From the human T2T-CHM13v2.0 reference genome, Homo sapiens: 64,000 nt of DNA. The notes under the pieces were generated by a model. That model was not told the DNA's origin and searched no databases. It saw nothing but the letters and a program-made list of their open reading frames with translations. Both the position numbers and the translations under genes were made by a program. Positions 25,546 through 46,313 of the stretch are shown here, piece by piece. Positions within the stretch are counted from its first letter, which is position 1; every line of letters begins with the position of its first letter. The stretch lies in NCBI RefSeq assembly GCF_009914755.1, contig NC_060929.1. One strand, given 5' to 3'.

Positions 25546-26212
25546 TCACCCTCTATTTGGCTCCAGAATTATCTTTACAGCTATCTACTGGACATCTCCA
25601 CCTGTTTTATACCTCCGTGCCTCTTTCTTTTTTTTCTCCTATTTCATTCCAGGCCGAATTGACCCCCTCCTCTGTGCTACTGCAATACATATTCCATCGC
25701 TCTTTTCTGTGACAGATCTTTTATAGTGCATTGCATTTGTTTATTTTCATGTATTTCATCTTTATACCTTGGCCTTTGATAGGAAGTTTTTTGCAAAGAA
25801 GGACAGTTTATCTTCTTACCTTCATCACCTAGCACATGGTCTAGCACATGGTAAGTGTGCAAAAAATGCAGAAAGGAAAATGATGCAATTCCGCAAAATA
25901 GAGATTGATCATGATTTTTATCTAAGGGAAAATAATTTTTTTAAGAAGTGTAAAGACATGGAACAGAATTTAGATGCAAATTATATTTATCTTTGTCAAA
26001 GCATATATACAGTTAAATATTAAATTTTATTATTTTTGCTACCTCTAGAAAAGTCTTTGGAATATGGTGAAAATATTTGAATTCTGAATTGTGATTTCTC
26101 CTTTTAGGAATTTAGTATTAAAATTACCCAAAAAGAAAAAGTAAACGTTTAAAATTATTTGCTCTTAGGATTTTTCTTAATTTGCCAACGTATCTTTTTT
26201 CCCCTCTAATAG

Positions 26213-26343
26213 GTGAAAAACCTTTTGAATGTCCAAATTGTCATGAACGATTTGCTAGAAATAGCACTCTGAAATGTCACCTCACTGCATGCCAAACTGG
26301 AGTAGGGGCAAAAAAAGGAAGGAAGAAGCTCTACGAATGCCAG
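26213..26343 (+). CDS. ZNF131: ZNF131 penultimate coding exon (finger 4, C2HC type, and start of finger 5)
   Basis: Acceptor tcttttttcccctctaatag| and donor CAG|gtatgt. 131 nt; phase matches the previous exon (G|GT GAA AAA CCT completes the TGEKP linker). Encodes EKPFECPNCHERFARNSTLKCHLTACQTGVGAKKGRKKLYECQ. Confidence 0.96.
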
Positions 26344-26758
26344 GTATGTGCAGATACATACATTCAGTTCTTAACAAAGGAGTCTTGTGTTTGCAGTCAT
26401 CAAAAGCAAAGGGAAACAGAGTCTCAAGCAAAGGTATAGGGGCTGACGGTTTGGAAAGAAATGAGAATAAAGAACATTATTGTCTTGGGGACTAAATTAG
26501 TTTTTTTTAACCCAACCCTAGATGACACCAATGTCAATAACAACTATGTCCTAAATAACAGTCTGGAACTATAGTTAACCATGGAGTAATTATTAAAATT
26601 TGGGGTGGGGATTGGTGGAAGCATTTCAGCTGTAATTAGATTCCCCCCCCATGATTAGTGTATTTTTATATCAAATATCAAACAATTATTACATTATTTG
26701 ATATAAAAATACAAAAATTACATTATTTGGTAAATGTTCTATGTTATGGGAGAAACTA

Positions 26759-27121
<363 letters not shown>

Positions 27122-27341
27122 TCAAACAAAAGAATGTATTTAGGTTACTAGCTGTGTCAGCTAGAAGTCCAAATGAACCAAAGAATTATGAAATAGCTTG
27201 GACGAGATTCTATTGCAGGTACCATATTTATAACATTTACAGAATAAGCCTTCAATCTTTTCTTTACAGAGAATAAATGCATTCATATTTCCTTCAGTTT
27301 GGATATAAGTATTGTCTACATCATATTTTTGGTTATTTCAG

Positions 27342-28028
27342 GTCTGCAACAGTGTGTTTAACAGCTGGGACCAGTTCAAAGATCACTTGGTAATACACAC
27401 TGGAGATAAACCCAACCATTGTACTTTATGTGATTTGTGGTTTATGCAAGGAAATGAATTAAGGAGGCATCTCAGTGATGCTCACAATATTTCAGAGCGT
27501 CTAGTAACGGAAGAAGTTCTTTCAGTAGAAACACGTGTGCAAACTGAACCTGTAACATCAATGACTATTATAGAACAAGTTGGGAAGGTGCATGTGCTAC
27601 CATTGCTTCAGGTTCAGGTGGATTCAGCACAAGTGACTGTGGAACAAGTCCATCCAGATCTGCTCCAGGACAGCCAGGTGCACGATTCACACATGAGTGA
27701 GCTTCCAGAGCAGGTCCAAGTGAGTTATCTAGAAGTGGGCCGAATTCAGACTGAAGAAGGTACTGAAGTACATGTAGAGGAGCTGCATGTTGAACGGGTC
27801 AATCAAATGCCAGTGGAAGTACAAACTGAACTTCTAGAAGCAGATTTGGACCACGTGACCCCAGAAATCATGAACCAAGAGGAGAGAGAGTCTAGCCAAG
27901 CAGATGCTGCTGAGGCTGCCAGGGAAGATCACGAAGATGCTGAGGATTTAGAGACCAAGCCAACAGTGGATTCTGAAGCAGAAAAGGCAGAGAATGAGGA
28001 CAGAACAGCTCTGCCAGTTTTAGAATGA
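27342..28028 (+). CDS. ZNF131: ZNF131 last coding exon (fingers 5-6 and acidic V/E/Q-rich tail)
   Basis: Acceptor ttttggttatttcag| at 27341, phase 0. Encodes VCNSVFNSWDQFKDHLVIHTGDKPNHCTLC...ALPVLE, with TGA at 28026-28028. Confidence 0.96.
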   Translation, partial: VCNSVFNSWDQFKDHLVIHTGDKPNHCTLCDLWFMQGNELRRHLSDAHNISERLVTEEVLSVETRVQTEPVTSMTIIEQVGKVHVLPLLQVQVDSAQVTVEQVHPDLLQDSQVHDSHMSELPEQVQVSYLEVGRIQTEEGTEVHVEELHVERVNQMPVEVQTELLEADLDHVTPEIMNQEERESSQADAAEAAREDHEDAEDLETKPTVDSEAEKAENEDRTALPVLE

Positions 28029-29145
28029 AATTACACATGAATATATTTTTAAATTTACTTGTTGGGTTTTTGAACTGATTATGGGCAGTTTGACTGTCCT
28101 TAATTAAGCCTAACAGACAAGTGGACCAAAGTTAAGCTGTTTCCTGTTGTGCTGAACTGTTGTCCGTTGAAACACATTGATTCCCCTCCCCCTACTTATT
28201 GCCACAGAGGAGGGATCTTTTCCATAACTGAAGGGGAGTTTTGAGAAGTATATTTCTGGAAACTTAAATGGATTATATTCTTATTATATAGTTGGGTACG
28301 AATGTATCTATTTTCATTGTGGTAAAAGTTCTTCCTTTTCTCTTTCCCAGGTCATGTTCTTCCTCAAATTTTTTCCATATTGTAAAATCAAACTTAAATC
28401 ATTAGAATACAAGTTTATGTATTCTAATGCATGTTAGAAAATTGAATAATATAGGAAACACAAGGCTGCATGATGAAAAGTGCATTGTTACTGTGCAGTT
28501 AAATTTTGGCTTCTGGCTTTCTTTAGTTTGAACAAACGTTCTTGTCTACCCCAGTAGTCACAGATGCCATCTTTGCAACAGAAAGAGTGGTGGTGGCAAA
28601 ATTTCTAGAATGTTAAAAAAAAAAAAAAATCCACACCCATGTGCCTTCTCAAAACCAACTGAACTTCTATAAAGCATCTCTGGTTCTTTCAAAGTTTGTG
28701 TTGTAAGGAGCAATGTAGATGATGCTATAATACTTTATATTTTTGGTTATAATGACAACCACCAGTTCTTTTTCACTTAAGTTAGGTTGAGAAATTTTAT
28801 TTAATGGCCACTGAAGGGCCATTTTCAATTGGGAAAATTTATTTACATCTGTGGTAAACTTTATTTTGATGAAAAGTTGCACTAGTATTTTACCACCAGA
28901 TGAGAAAAAGATGAGCAGCATTTAAAAATTAATGTATTTAAAATAAAGTACAGAGAAAGACATGTATATAATTATCAGGCTTTGTTTTGAATGGAATCTT
29001 TTCCCCCAATTCTTAATGTAAAGATCTTGTGCTATAACTTTTAAAGCCATACAAATAAGAGTGCTAAACTGTGGACTTAAAAGTAGGTGTGTAAATATTT
29101 TTAATCAGTATTACTTGGAAAATAAAATATAACAAACCCATAGAC
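28029..29145 (+). other. ZNF131: ZNF131 3' UTR with two AATAAA signals
   Basis: AT-rich sequence free of interspersed repeats after the stop codon; AATAAA at 28942-28947 and 29121-29126, followed by T-rich sequence. The 3' end is approximate. Confidence 0.75.
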
Positions 29146-30394
29146 CAATATGCTATTTTTTTTACCTGTTAAATATTGGGAGTTCTTTACATTTTTTAAG
29201 TAAACTTTAAAATTATGTGTTCATGACTCTTTTTTAAAAAATTACCAGCGTGAAAGTTTATATCTGGGCAGAGATAGTTCCTCATGTGTCTTTACCCGTG
29301 TTAACATGACTGATGCATGAATTGTGATAAATTTTCCATCACACCTCCAACCCCCCAAAATCAGCTCAAAAGCATGGAAGTAGTTCATATTCTTTATGCT
29401 AATAGTTCTTACATGGTAGGCACAATAGCAGGAATTCTCCACTTAACTGTGTCAAATGTAAAAGACCAATGCGATTAGCCCCCTTTGGTAATCGTGACGT
29501 TAAATGGTATCACATTTACAAAAATACGCTGAAGAGAGTGGCTTCCCAGCATTGGAGAAGTCAGATTTAGATATAAATCTGGAGATAGAGCCAACCATTG
29601 TATTAAGGGGGCCACGTTTTTAAGATCAAAATAAGGGTATGAACACTTCCAAGTGTGTACTGTTTGGTAGTTGGGTATCTACTGCAAAGCTTATTTAACA
29701 GTATAGTTTTTATTTGAAATTGGAAAATACCAATAATATAATTAAATTATATCCCAGTGAATTTTCAGTTTGCCTTAGGATGCCAATGTTCCTGAGTTGT
29801 TTAAGAAAAAAAACCCTAACAGATAGTGGTCTCAAATATGTAAATTACTAGTTAGTATCTGGTGAATTTTGAATGCTGAAAATAGCGCATACTATGCCCT
29901 TAAGCTAAGGTATGAAACAAGGATTTTAAAACAAGAGTTCTGACCACAAGGTAAAGATCAAGGGCAAAGGTACATCAAAGTGTTAAAATTATTTGAGTTT
30001 TCACATTTGTCAAGACCTTTCGAGGTAGATTTGAGATGCAGATATAGTTCATTTTTCTTTTCCCAAAAGGTATAGAAGCTATCAGTGTACCCAGAATGCC
30101 AGTAAATTTGATTGCAAAAGTAGAGGAAAACTATCTACTGGTGATAAACTGTATGTTGAATAACATTTTGTAGTTGGAAAGCACTTTATGTAGAACATAA
30201 AACAGCTGTTAACAACTGATGTATATTTGCTTCAAGTACTGAAGCAAACTGGATATTTAGTCCTCCAGTGTTCTACTGTATTTGTACTGGAGTTTTAAGA
30301 TAAGTCTACAGTATGAGGTACCAAGTTGGACAGTAGAGTGTGCAATGATGATCACATAGAAATAAGTCCCAAGTGCACTGAGAACGATGAGAGG

Positions 30395-31445
<1,051 letters not shown>

Positions 31446-31644
31446 CCTATCATTTGAGATTGAAAGAAAAACTAAACTGAATACATTAGCAATACATTTA
31501 AAAGCTAGACATCTTTTGGATATGTACAAAATCAGAAGGCTCTTGTAGTCTTACCAGTTTAAAAAGGCTACCTGGCTGGACACGGTGGCTCACGCCTGTA
31601 ATCCCAACACTTTGGGAGGCCAAGGTGGACAGATCACCAGTTCA

Positions 31645-31979
<335 letters not shown>

Positions 31980-33542
31980 TTAAAGATGTCATTATTGGAA
32001 GGGTCCATGAAAGTTCTCTGGACTAACTACCCATTTCATAGTTTGAATAAGCCAACAGGCTTATTAAGCCATAGAGTGAGGCCTAAATGTAGATACCTTT
32101 ACCAATCAAGTGGATTTTAATTCGCATTTTCAATTTAACATGGGTTGGTTGTTTTAAACAAGTGATTCTATGATCATTAAACTAGTCACACAAAAAGTAT
32201 TTTATAACTCTTAGATGCAAAATTACAAACAAATGCCTGACCTAGAAAGTTTAGTCTGATTTTGTTGGAGAAAACTAATAGCTTTGAATTCATTAGGTTA
32301 ACACTGACCTTTGTGTTAATTACATCAGGAGAGGGAGATCTAGATTGTTTTTCTTGTGTAATCTGCTGAGCTGTGCTATACCTCTTACAGGATTTGTCAT
32401 GAAGAATTCAAATGAGAAGAAGGAATTAAACCCTCATCACCCCATCAGTTAATAAAATCCTTCATAGTTAGAAGCCTAGATATTTATTACTTTAAAACCC
32501 ATAAAAAACAAACAAAAAAAAACCAGAGGCTGTCATAATAGTCTGAACTTCTTAAAACTCTACTCCCTGCCCTGCAAATGTAACTTCATTAATTCTATTG
32601 ACATGGTAAAGAAGGCAGCATGTGAATTCAATCTTTTTCTCTTCGCCCTTCCTGCAATTCAATCTTCTCTTTGCCCTTCCTGCAACCCAACATGTCCCTA
32701 TAAATATTTTTTTTTTTTTTTAGACAGGGTCTCGCTGTGTCACCCAGGCTAGAGTGCAGTGGCACAATCTCGGCTTACTGCAACCTTTAACTTCTGGGCT
32801 CAAGCAACCCTCCCACTTCAGCCTCCTGAGTAGCTACGACTACAGGTGCGTGTACCACACTCAGCTCCTTTTTGCATTTTTTGTAGAAATAGTCTGTCTG
32901 TGTTCCCATGCTGATTGAAATCTCTTGGGCTCAAGCGCCTCGCCCTCCCAAAGTGCTGAGATGACAGGCAGGGGCCCTGTGGCCAGCCGAGTATGACTCT
33001 TAACTATTCAACTGAAGCAGTATCCTCACCTTTATATCTGTACCAAAATGCAGTCTGGGAAAGAAAAATTTTATTGTAACATAATAGCTATCCTTTATGA
33101 TTTTGAATACATTTAGTTATCTCAATGACCTCACTGAAGTTACTGTATTATTAGCTATCATTTTATAAACAGAGGAAAGGAAGAGAAGGAGAAGCTGAGA
33201 AAGCTTGTTGGAAGTGGAGCCAGTATTTGAACTGAGCAAGCCTGACTTCACAGACTGCACTCTTGGTCACTAAAATAACTCTCTATGAGATTTCTTTGTG
33301 GTTGGCCACACTGGATTGCACAAAGCACAGGACAATCAGCTACCTTCTTTTTTGGAACCCATACCAGCTCTTGATGGAGTTGGAAGTGGAAAGGACAAGA
33401 AATCAGAAAAGCCAGCAAGATACATGCAGCCAATTGCCTTTTAGTATCTTCTTTCCCTGAGACTACATCATTTAGGGAATGGTTCTCTAACTTCAGCAAA
33501 CATCAGAATCTTGTTGAAACACACATTGTTGGACCCCACACC

Positions 33543-33905
33543 TGTTTCTGGTAGAGGGTGTCCAGGTTCTTGGCATCTTGAACAAAGAATTGGACAAAAT
33601 AAAGCAAAGAAAGAATGAAGCAACAAAAGCAGAGATTTATTGAAAATAAAAATACACCCCACAGGGTGCGAGCAGGCCCAAGCATAAGGGCTCAAGGGCC
33701 CTGTTACAGAATTTTGGAGAATTTAAATACCCTCTAGAGGATTCCATTGTTTACTTGATATATGCCCTGTGTAAATGAAGAGGATGCAGTAAAGTTACAA
33801 AGTCATTTACTCACCATATGCCCTATGGAGAGGATATTTCCTGTCATAGCTGACGCGTGAATTGGCCTTAGGTTCCCTGCCTCTAGACCCTATTTTCCTG
33901 CCTCA
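33543..33905 (-). mobile_element. MER61-like ERV1 LTR (3' LTR)
   Basis: tgtttctggtagagggtgtccaggttcttggcatcttgaacaaagaattggacaaaa...gaccctattttcctgcctca, with an adjacent polypurine tract on the minus strand. Confidence 0.72.
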
Positions 33906-41489
<7,584 letters not shown>

Positions 41490-41490
<1 letters not shown>

Positions 41491-41858
41491 ATATACACCA
41501 TGGAATACTATGCAGCTATAAAAAAGAATTAGTTCATGTCCTTTGTAGGGACATGGATGAAGCTGGAAACCATCATTCTGAGCAAACTATGGCAAGGACA
41601 GAAAACCAAACACTGAATGTTCTCACTCATAGGTGGGAATTGAAGAATGAGAACACCTGGACACAGGGTGGGGAACATCACACACCCGGGCCTGTAGTGG
41701 GGTGGGGGGAGGGGGGAGGGATAGCATCAGGAGATATACCTAATGTAAATGACGAGTTAATGGGTGCAGCACACCAACATGGCACATGTATACATATGTA
41801 ACAAACCTGCATGTTATGCACATGTACCCTAGCACTTAAAGTATTTAAAAAAAAAAAA
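41490..41858 (+). mobile_element. L1PA 3' end (5'-truncated)
   Basis: atatacaccatggaatactatgcagc...ggggagggggagggatagca...catgtaccctagcacttaaagtat followed by poly(A). Confidence 0.9.
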
Positions 41859-42262
41859 GGGCTGGGCGCGGCGGCTCACGCCTGTAATCCCAGCACTTTG
41901 GGAGGCTGAGGCAGGTGGATCACGAGGTCAGGAGATGGAGACCATCCTGGCTAACACGGTGAAACCCCGTCTCCACTGAAAATACAAAAATTAGGCCGGG
42001 TTTGGTGGTTTACACCTGTAATCCCAGCACTTTGGGAGGCCGAGGTGGGCGGATCTCGAGGTCAGGAGATCAAGACCACGGTGAAACCCCGTCTCTACTA
42101 AAAATACAAAAAATTAGCCAGGCGTGGTGGCGGGCACCTGTAGTTCCAGCTACTCAGGAGGCTGAGGCAGGAGAATGGCGTGAACCCGGGAGGCGGAGCT
42201 TGCAGGGAGCCGAGATCGCGCCACTGCACTCCAGCCTGGGCAACTGAGCAAGACTCCGTCTC

Positions 42263-42443
<181 letters not shown>

Positions 42444-42469
42444 CTACGTCAAAAAATATATATATATAA

Positions 42470-42754
<285 letters not shown>

Positions 42755-43914
42755 TAGCCCGGATGGTCTCCATCTCCTGACCTCGTGATCCACCCGCCTC
42801 GGCCTCCCAAAGTGCTGGGATTACAGGCGTGAGCCACCGTGCCCGGCCTTTCAGTTTAATTTTTATTGGATTTAACGGAAATAAGAAGGAAAGCAGAAAA
42901 AATTGCTAAACCTCAGAAAAAGGTTTTTTACAAGAAATATTAGTTCTTACAAGTTTCCTATAAAGTTAAGAAAAAAGGGATTTTAATAATACTAGTTGTT
43001 GTAAATAAGTGATTCAATTTTAAGCTATCAATTCACCCCTGCTGTGAAAGATACTGAAATCGGCACTCTCAAACCTCTTGATTTAATTATATTTGCATTA
43101 TCATAAAGTCAGTGTGCAGGTTAGTGCAAGAGAAAATTCATGAACAGAAGGTAGATCTGAAGAAATTACCTAGAATGTAGCACAAAATGTTAAAAATCTA
43201 GAGAATCTGAGAAAAGACATGAAATAGAATGAGAAGGTCTGACACACATAGTATAAAATAGAGATTCCTGAAAGAAAGATAAAAGTTGGGAAGGGTTCTG
43301 TTATGGACTAAATTTTTGTATCTCCCAATTCATATATTGAAATCTTAACTCCCAATGTGATGGTATTAGCCTAAAGTGTTCAGTAACCTTTTAAGCTACT
43401 AGAACCTATCATCACCTCTGCCTTGTGCATGCTCTTTGGCGTGTGATGGTGAGGATCTATGTCACAGAGAGCCTCTGTCAGATTGGGTGTTTGAGGCTCT
43501 TGGTTTCTAGGCAATTTCTCTATGAAATTTTATTCTGTTTATTTGAATTCAAGGGTCTTTTATATCTTTAAAAATATGTAGAGTTTCTCCCTGCATTTTA
43601 TTGCATTAGAAAGAAAATAGACTGATGGCATGTACTATTTTAAAGATTACTCTTAAAAAAAAAAAACAACAAACCTCTTGTCTTTTGAGGAGGGGATGTC
43701 TCTTTAAAAACAAATTTTCTCGAGAGAACCCTTGTTCTACATAAATAGATGACCACTCTCAGAAGCCAAGGAAGCAGTTGTTTCAGGTTCTTTCAATTTT
43801 CTTTCCAATCTCAACCGTCAGTGCACGGAGCTGTCCAAGGTTTTTATTTCTTGCCCTTCCCGTTCCTGACCCCTTTAATCATCACACAAACAGGCAGCAG
43901 AGACAAAGTAATGA

Positions 43915-44130
43915 AGAACACCAACTCTGGAGTCAAACAAACTGGGTTAGAGTCCCAGAGCCAGCATTCAACAGTTGTGTGATCTCGATCAAATCCTGTA
44001 ACCTCTCTGGGCTTCAGTTTCTTCATCTATCAAAACAAGGATGACAGTAACAGTACCTAACCCATAGATTATCATGAGGATTTAATCAGTTACTCTTTGT
44101 AAAAGAGTTTATTACAATGCCTGGCAAATA
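43915..44130 (+). mobile_element. MIR element
   Basis: ctctggagtcaaacaaactgggttagagtcccag...cttcagtttcttcatctatcaaaacaaggatgacagtaacagtacct. Confidence 0.7.
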
Positions 44131-45049
44131 GCAAAAAAGGAATTTTGGGGTTCCCTAGTTTCTACCATAAAAGAATTGTAGACATGGGTTATGTTGCTAC
44201 TTAACAGTTTTGCTCTTGTAAATATTGCTCTGGCAATCAATACAGGATGGAGAGCAGGAGGAAGTAGAAAGAATGCTCGCAGAACTATGACTTAGGGTGT
44301 CTAGTCCTGGCTCTGCCATTAATCAGTTGTGTGACCCTTGCTAAGTTAACTGACCCCTCTGAACTCAGTTTTTTTTTTCTCTCTCTGTAAAAGGAAGGGC
44401 TTAAACTTCAGTAAATAACCGGTATGTTTTATTTAGTATTTTGCGAATCCCATTTCCAACTCTACGTTCAATCCAGTGACGGTATTTCTAGTTTATAAAC
44501 TAGAAAAATAATCTTTGGCATCTGAGGGTCACAGCCGAGAGTATCTCCCTAGCAGGAGATTAGGGAGCCAGTGACAAAGTGGCACCAGGGGAACCGATGT
44601 ATGCCAGGAATCCAGACAGAGGGTGACATTAGCACTTCTTTCTGCAGAACCTAAACCCTGCCCGACTCACCCGGAGGAGCTGTCACGGTGGTTTGCTGGA
44701 AACCCCCTTTCTGTTGGGAGGATTACTGGGTCACGGTTTCCCAAGGACATGGAAACCCTTGCTGAAGCGCTGGAACCGCTCGGCACGAGGCGTACGTCGG
44801 TGGGAGCTGTGTCAGCCCGCTTTCGGCCGTGTAGCTGCTCCCATCCAGACTCTAGAAGGGGTCCTCTTTGCGTCAGGCCCAATCACCCCCCTCCCCGAGC
44901 GACTGCACTGGGTGTCCCTGCGCCGCGCGTCCCCTCCCTCTCGCCCCTCCCTCCTGGCTGCCATAGAAACCAGCTTACAAGGTCCAGGCCGGCGTCCGGG
45001 TGCACTACAGGCCCCCCGTCCCTCCTTCCCCACGCCAGCCCCTCGCTCC

Positions 45050-45306
45050 GGATTGGTCCTTCAGGAAACGCTGTGGGGCGTCTCGGTCCCCGCTGCGGAG
45101 CCGGCCTAGGCCGGAGGGCGGGGTTTGCCCTGGGCCGCTGCCGGTCAGGTCGGCCGCCCCTGACAGCTCCGGGAGCCTCAAGCGCGACAGCGGCGCCCTC
45201 ACCTCGGGACATCCACACACCGACCGCTCCTGCTCCAGAGGCAACAACCCAGCGCGCCTAGCCTGGCGCCGTGCAGCGAAGCCCAAGAGCTGGCCTCGCC
45301 ACGAAG
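45050..45306 (+). other. NIM1K: Non-coding first exon of the downstream gene (probably NIM1K)
   Basis: Near-consensus donor GAAG|GTAAGC at 45306/45307 inside the CpG island, downstream of the CCAAT and GC boxes. The start position is approximate. Confidence 0.65.
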
Positions 45307-45572
45307 GTAAGCGAGGGGCTGGGGGACTCGCCGCCAGCACCCCCACCCCGCCACCCTTCCTCTGCTAGGCTGCAGACCTGGGTGGCTGAGGAGGAGGCGC
45401 CTCTCCTCCCCGCGACCCAAGGAAGAAAGGAAGCCCTGCCACGGGGTGTCTGCGAAGTGGGGTCAGAAGAAGGTTAGGCGCTTTCTGGGGCGTACCCCCA
45501 CACCTGCCCAGGCCGATCCGCAAGCGAGAGGAGGGGGCATTAGAGCCAGGGCGAGAGCGTGCTCGCGCGTGT

Positions 45573-45627
45573 GTGCCCGTGTCATGTGTGGTGCCCGTGT
45601 CATGTGCGGCGCCCATGTCTATGTGCG
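45573..45627. repeat. 18-bp tandem repeat, about 3 copies (GTGCCCGTGTCATGTGYG)
   Basis: Units at 45573-45590, 45591-45608 and a degenerate one at 45609-45627. Confidence 0.8.
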
Positions 45628-46153
45628 CGCGTGTGTGCACCCATGTCTCTGTATGGTGTGGACACTCGTGTCTGCGTGCGCGTCCACACGTGAGCCGAGG
45701 AGCGCAGCTTAGCGCCTAGCGTTGCGCACAGCGGGTGCGCTGGACCAGAGCCCTAAGGCACCAGACCAAATCTGGAGCGTTTGTTACAAGGGCAGAAGAC
45801 CGGCGTGATCTCCCCACGCGCGCCGGCCGGTGCTGCTGGTGGAGAGAACTGACATCTAACGCATGTGGCCCAGGAGAACAAAACCTTCCATTGCACCCCA
45901 CGCCGCGACTCTCCCCAGCGAAAGGTGCTTCTTTTGGAAGACCGCACGAAGTAAGGAAGAGCCTCTTTTCCTCTTCCTGGATATCCCTCCAGGAATATTA
46001 GAAGCTCCAGGACTCCTTGATACGACCAGGAAAAGATCGCAACCGGGTCTTTAAAATATCGATTCCAGCCAGCTTCTGCGTGCTTGACACATCTTGGCAG
46101 ATGGAGAAGTCAAGGCAATAGATAACATGGGCAGCAAAGATTCTGCTATAGCA

Positions 46154-46313
46154 CTTCTTTCCTTTCTGTTTTTTCCTTCCCTCCTTCCCTCCTTTTCCCT
46201 CTTCTCCCTCCCTCCTTTCCTCCTCCTCCTCTCCCCTTCTCTTCTCCTCCTCCCTCCCTCCCTTTCTCCCTTTCTCCTCTCTTTTCCCCTTCCCTCCCCT
46301 GTTTTCGTCCTCC
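46154..46313. repeat. Polypyrimidine (CT-rich) low-complexity tract at the 3' edge of the CpG island
   Basis: About 160 bp that are almost entirely C/T. Confidence 0.9.

Larger units (their letters stand above)
44600..46100. promoter_or_regulatory. NIM1K: CpG-island promoter (probably NIM1K)
   Basis: Sharp rise in GC and CpG content. CCAAT at 44879-44883, reverse CCAAT (ATTGG) at 45052-45056, GC box GGGCGG at 45116-45121, X-box-like GCTGCCATAGAAAC at 44957-44970. The gene name rests on the known ZNF131-NIM1K order on 5p12; no NIM1K coding sequence is in the window. Confidence 0.8.

Noticed and set aside
44623-46054. Overlapping Pro/Arg/Gly-rich ORFs up to 212 aa on both strands
   Set aside because: Stop codons are scarce in a GC-rich CpG island; no recognisable domain.
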